Shown: positions 63,307 to 64,000 of the stretch, piece by piece
Layout of the letters: the number at the start of each line of letters is the position of its first letter
Position numbering within the stretch: position 1 is the first letter of the stretch
From: an uncultured Solirubrobacterales bacterium
Lineage (GTDB): Bacteria; Actinomycetota; Thermoleophilia; Solirubrobacterales; 70-9
Direction: 5' to 3'
Length of the DNA: 64,000 nt
Assembly (NCBI GenBank): GCA_963771265.1
Contig: CAVYSQ010000002.1
Location: 465-64,464 of the forward strand
Notes under the pieces: model-generated
What the model was told of the DNA's origin: nothing
The model's input: only the letters and a program-made list of their open reading frames with translations
Databases searched by the model: none
Position numbers and translations under genes: made by a program

Positions 63307-64000
63307 ATGTACGGCAAAGGCCTGAAACCTCTCTCGATCGCGACCGTCGCGGCACTCGCCGCCTCGCTCTCGCTGGTCTTCTTCTACGCGCCGCTCGACG
63401 CCGACCAAGGCTTCATCCAGAAGATCTTCTACCTGCACGTGCCGCTGGCGATCGTGGCGCTGATCGGCTTCGTGGTCGGCGGCGTCTTTGCGGTGCTGCA
63501 CCTGCGCAGCGGCGATTCGCGCTGGGACGCCTACTCATACGTCTCGATCCACATGTCGGTGATCTTCGGCGTCGCCGTGCTGATCACCGGCTCAATCTGG
63601 GCCAAGGCCTCCTGGGGCCACTGGTGGGTCTGGGACGAGCCGACGCTGGTCAGCTTCCTGATCGTCTTCCTGATGTACGCGACCTACTACCCCTTCCGCT
63701 ACGCGATCGAGGACCGCGAGCGCCAGGCGCGCTACGCCTCGGTCTTCGCGATCACGGCGGGGGCCTTCGTACCGCTCAACTTCATGGCGGTGCGGATGGC
63801 GGAGAGCCTCGTCCACCCGCGCACTTTCGCCACCGCCAACGGCGGCCTGCCGGGAGAGATGATGTTCACCTTCCTGGTCAGCCTGGCGGCGATCGGCCTG
63901 CTCTGGGTGACCCTGGTCAAGTTCGAGCTGACCGCGAAGAGTGCCTCCGGGCAGCTGAAGCGGCTGCGTCGCGCCCTCGACGCCCCGGCGCCCGGCGGTT
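63307..64000 (+). CDS. ccmC: heme exporter protein CcmC (3' end outside window; absent from the ORF track)
   Basis: My own translation from ATG 63307 is MYGKGLKPLSIATVAALAASLSLVFFYAPLDADQGFIQKIFYLHVPLAI..WAKASWGHWWVWDEPTL.. (Trp-rich WGxxWxWD heme-handling motif). It is open to the window edge. Confidence 0.85.
   Translation, partial: MYGKGLKPLSIATVAALAASLSLVFFYAPLDADQGFIQKIFYLHVPLAIVALIGFVVGGVFAVLHLRSGDSRWDAYSYVSIHMSVIFGVAVLITGSIWAKASWGHWWVWDEPTLVSFLIVFLMYATYYPFRYAIEDRERQARYASVFAITAGAFVPLNFMAVRMAESLVHPRTFATANGGLPGEMMFTFLVSLAAIGLLWVTLVKFELTAKSASGQLKRLRRALDAPAPGG

Overview
High-GC chromosomal segment (strong G/C third-position bias; composition judged by eye, not computed). Gene content looks like Actinomycetota: a Kgd/OdhA-type fused 2-oxoglutarate dehydrogenase, a PAC2 protein, a DUF3107/TB9.4-like protein, a c-di-AMP riboswitch ahead of a cell-wall hydrolase, and a probable leaderless promoter. 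I support about 55 protein genes, mostly core functions. TCA cycle: kgd, acnA, fumC. Propionate/methylmalonyl-CoA: pccB, a split-type mutase large subunit, mce. Translation and repair: ileS, ychF, polX, rarA, nei, a UvrD-like helicase-nuclease. Also a PotABCD-like ABC importer, trxA, otsB, and ccmABC at the right edge. Less ordinary content includes four tandem TetR paralogues, an ECF sigma/anti-sigma one-polypeptide fusion coupled to a large secreted protein, a decapeptide-repeat surface protein, and a BtrH-like protein next to a 950-aa secreted protein. I saw no rRNA, canonical tRNA, CRISPR array, transposase, integrase or phage genes. Non-coding signals the ORF track cannot show are: a ydaO-type riboswitch; two tandem GAAC-N4-GTTC (LexA-type) boxes; a cloverleaf tRNA-like element with non-canonical arms; and at least five long concentric palindromes filling intergenic gaps, two sharing a 12-mer and two sharing the GCGAAGC mini-hairpin motif. 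Gene-integrity oddities: a 1-nt frameshift in the mutase; a TSUP transporter divided by a single in-frame TGA; an ABC ATPase with no canonical start codon; and a Nei glycosylase with Ala in place of the catalytic N-terminal Pro. Two real genes are missing from the track: a 59-aa tautomerase, and ccmC, which runs off the window. Many long ORFs in the track are antisense shadows typical of high-GC DNA. I found no single compelling novel multi-gene system. The best candidates for follow-up are the palindromic element families, the tRNA-like element, and the sigma-fusion/secreted-protein pair.
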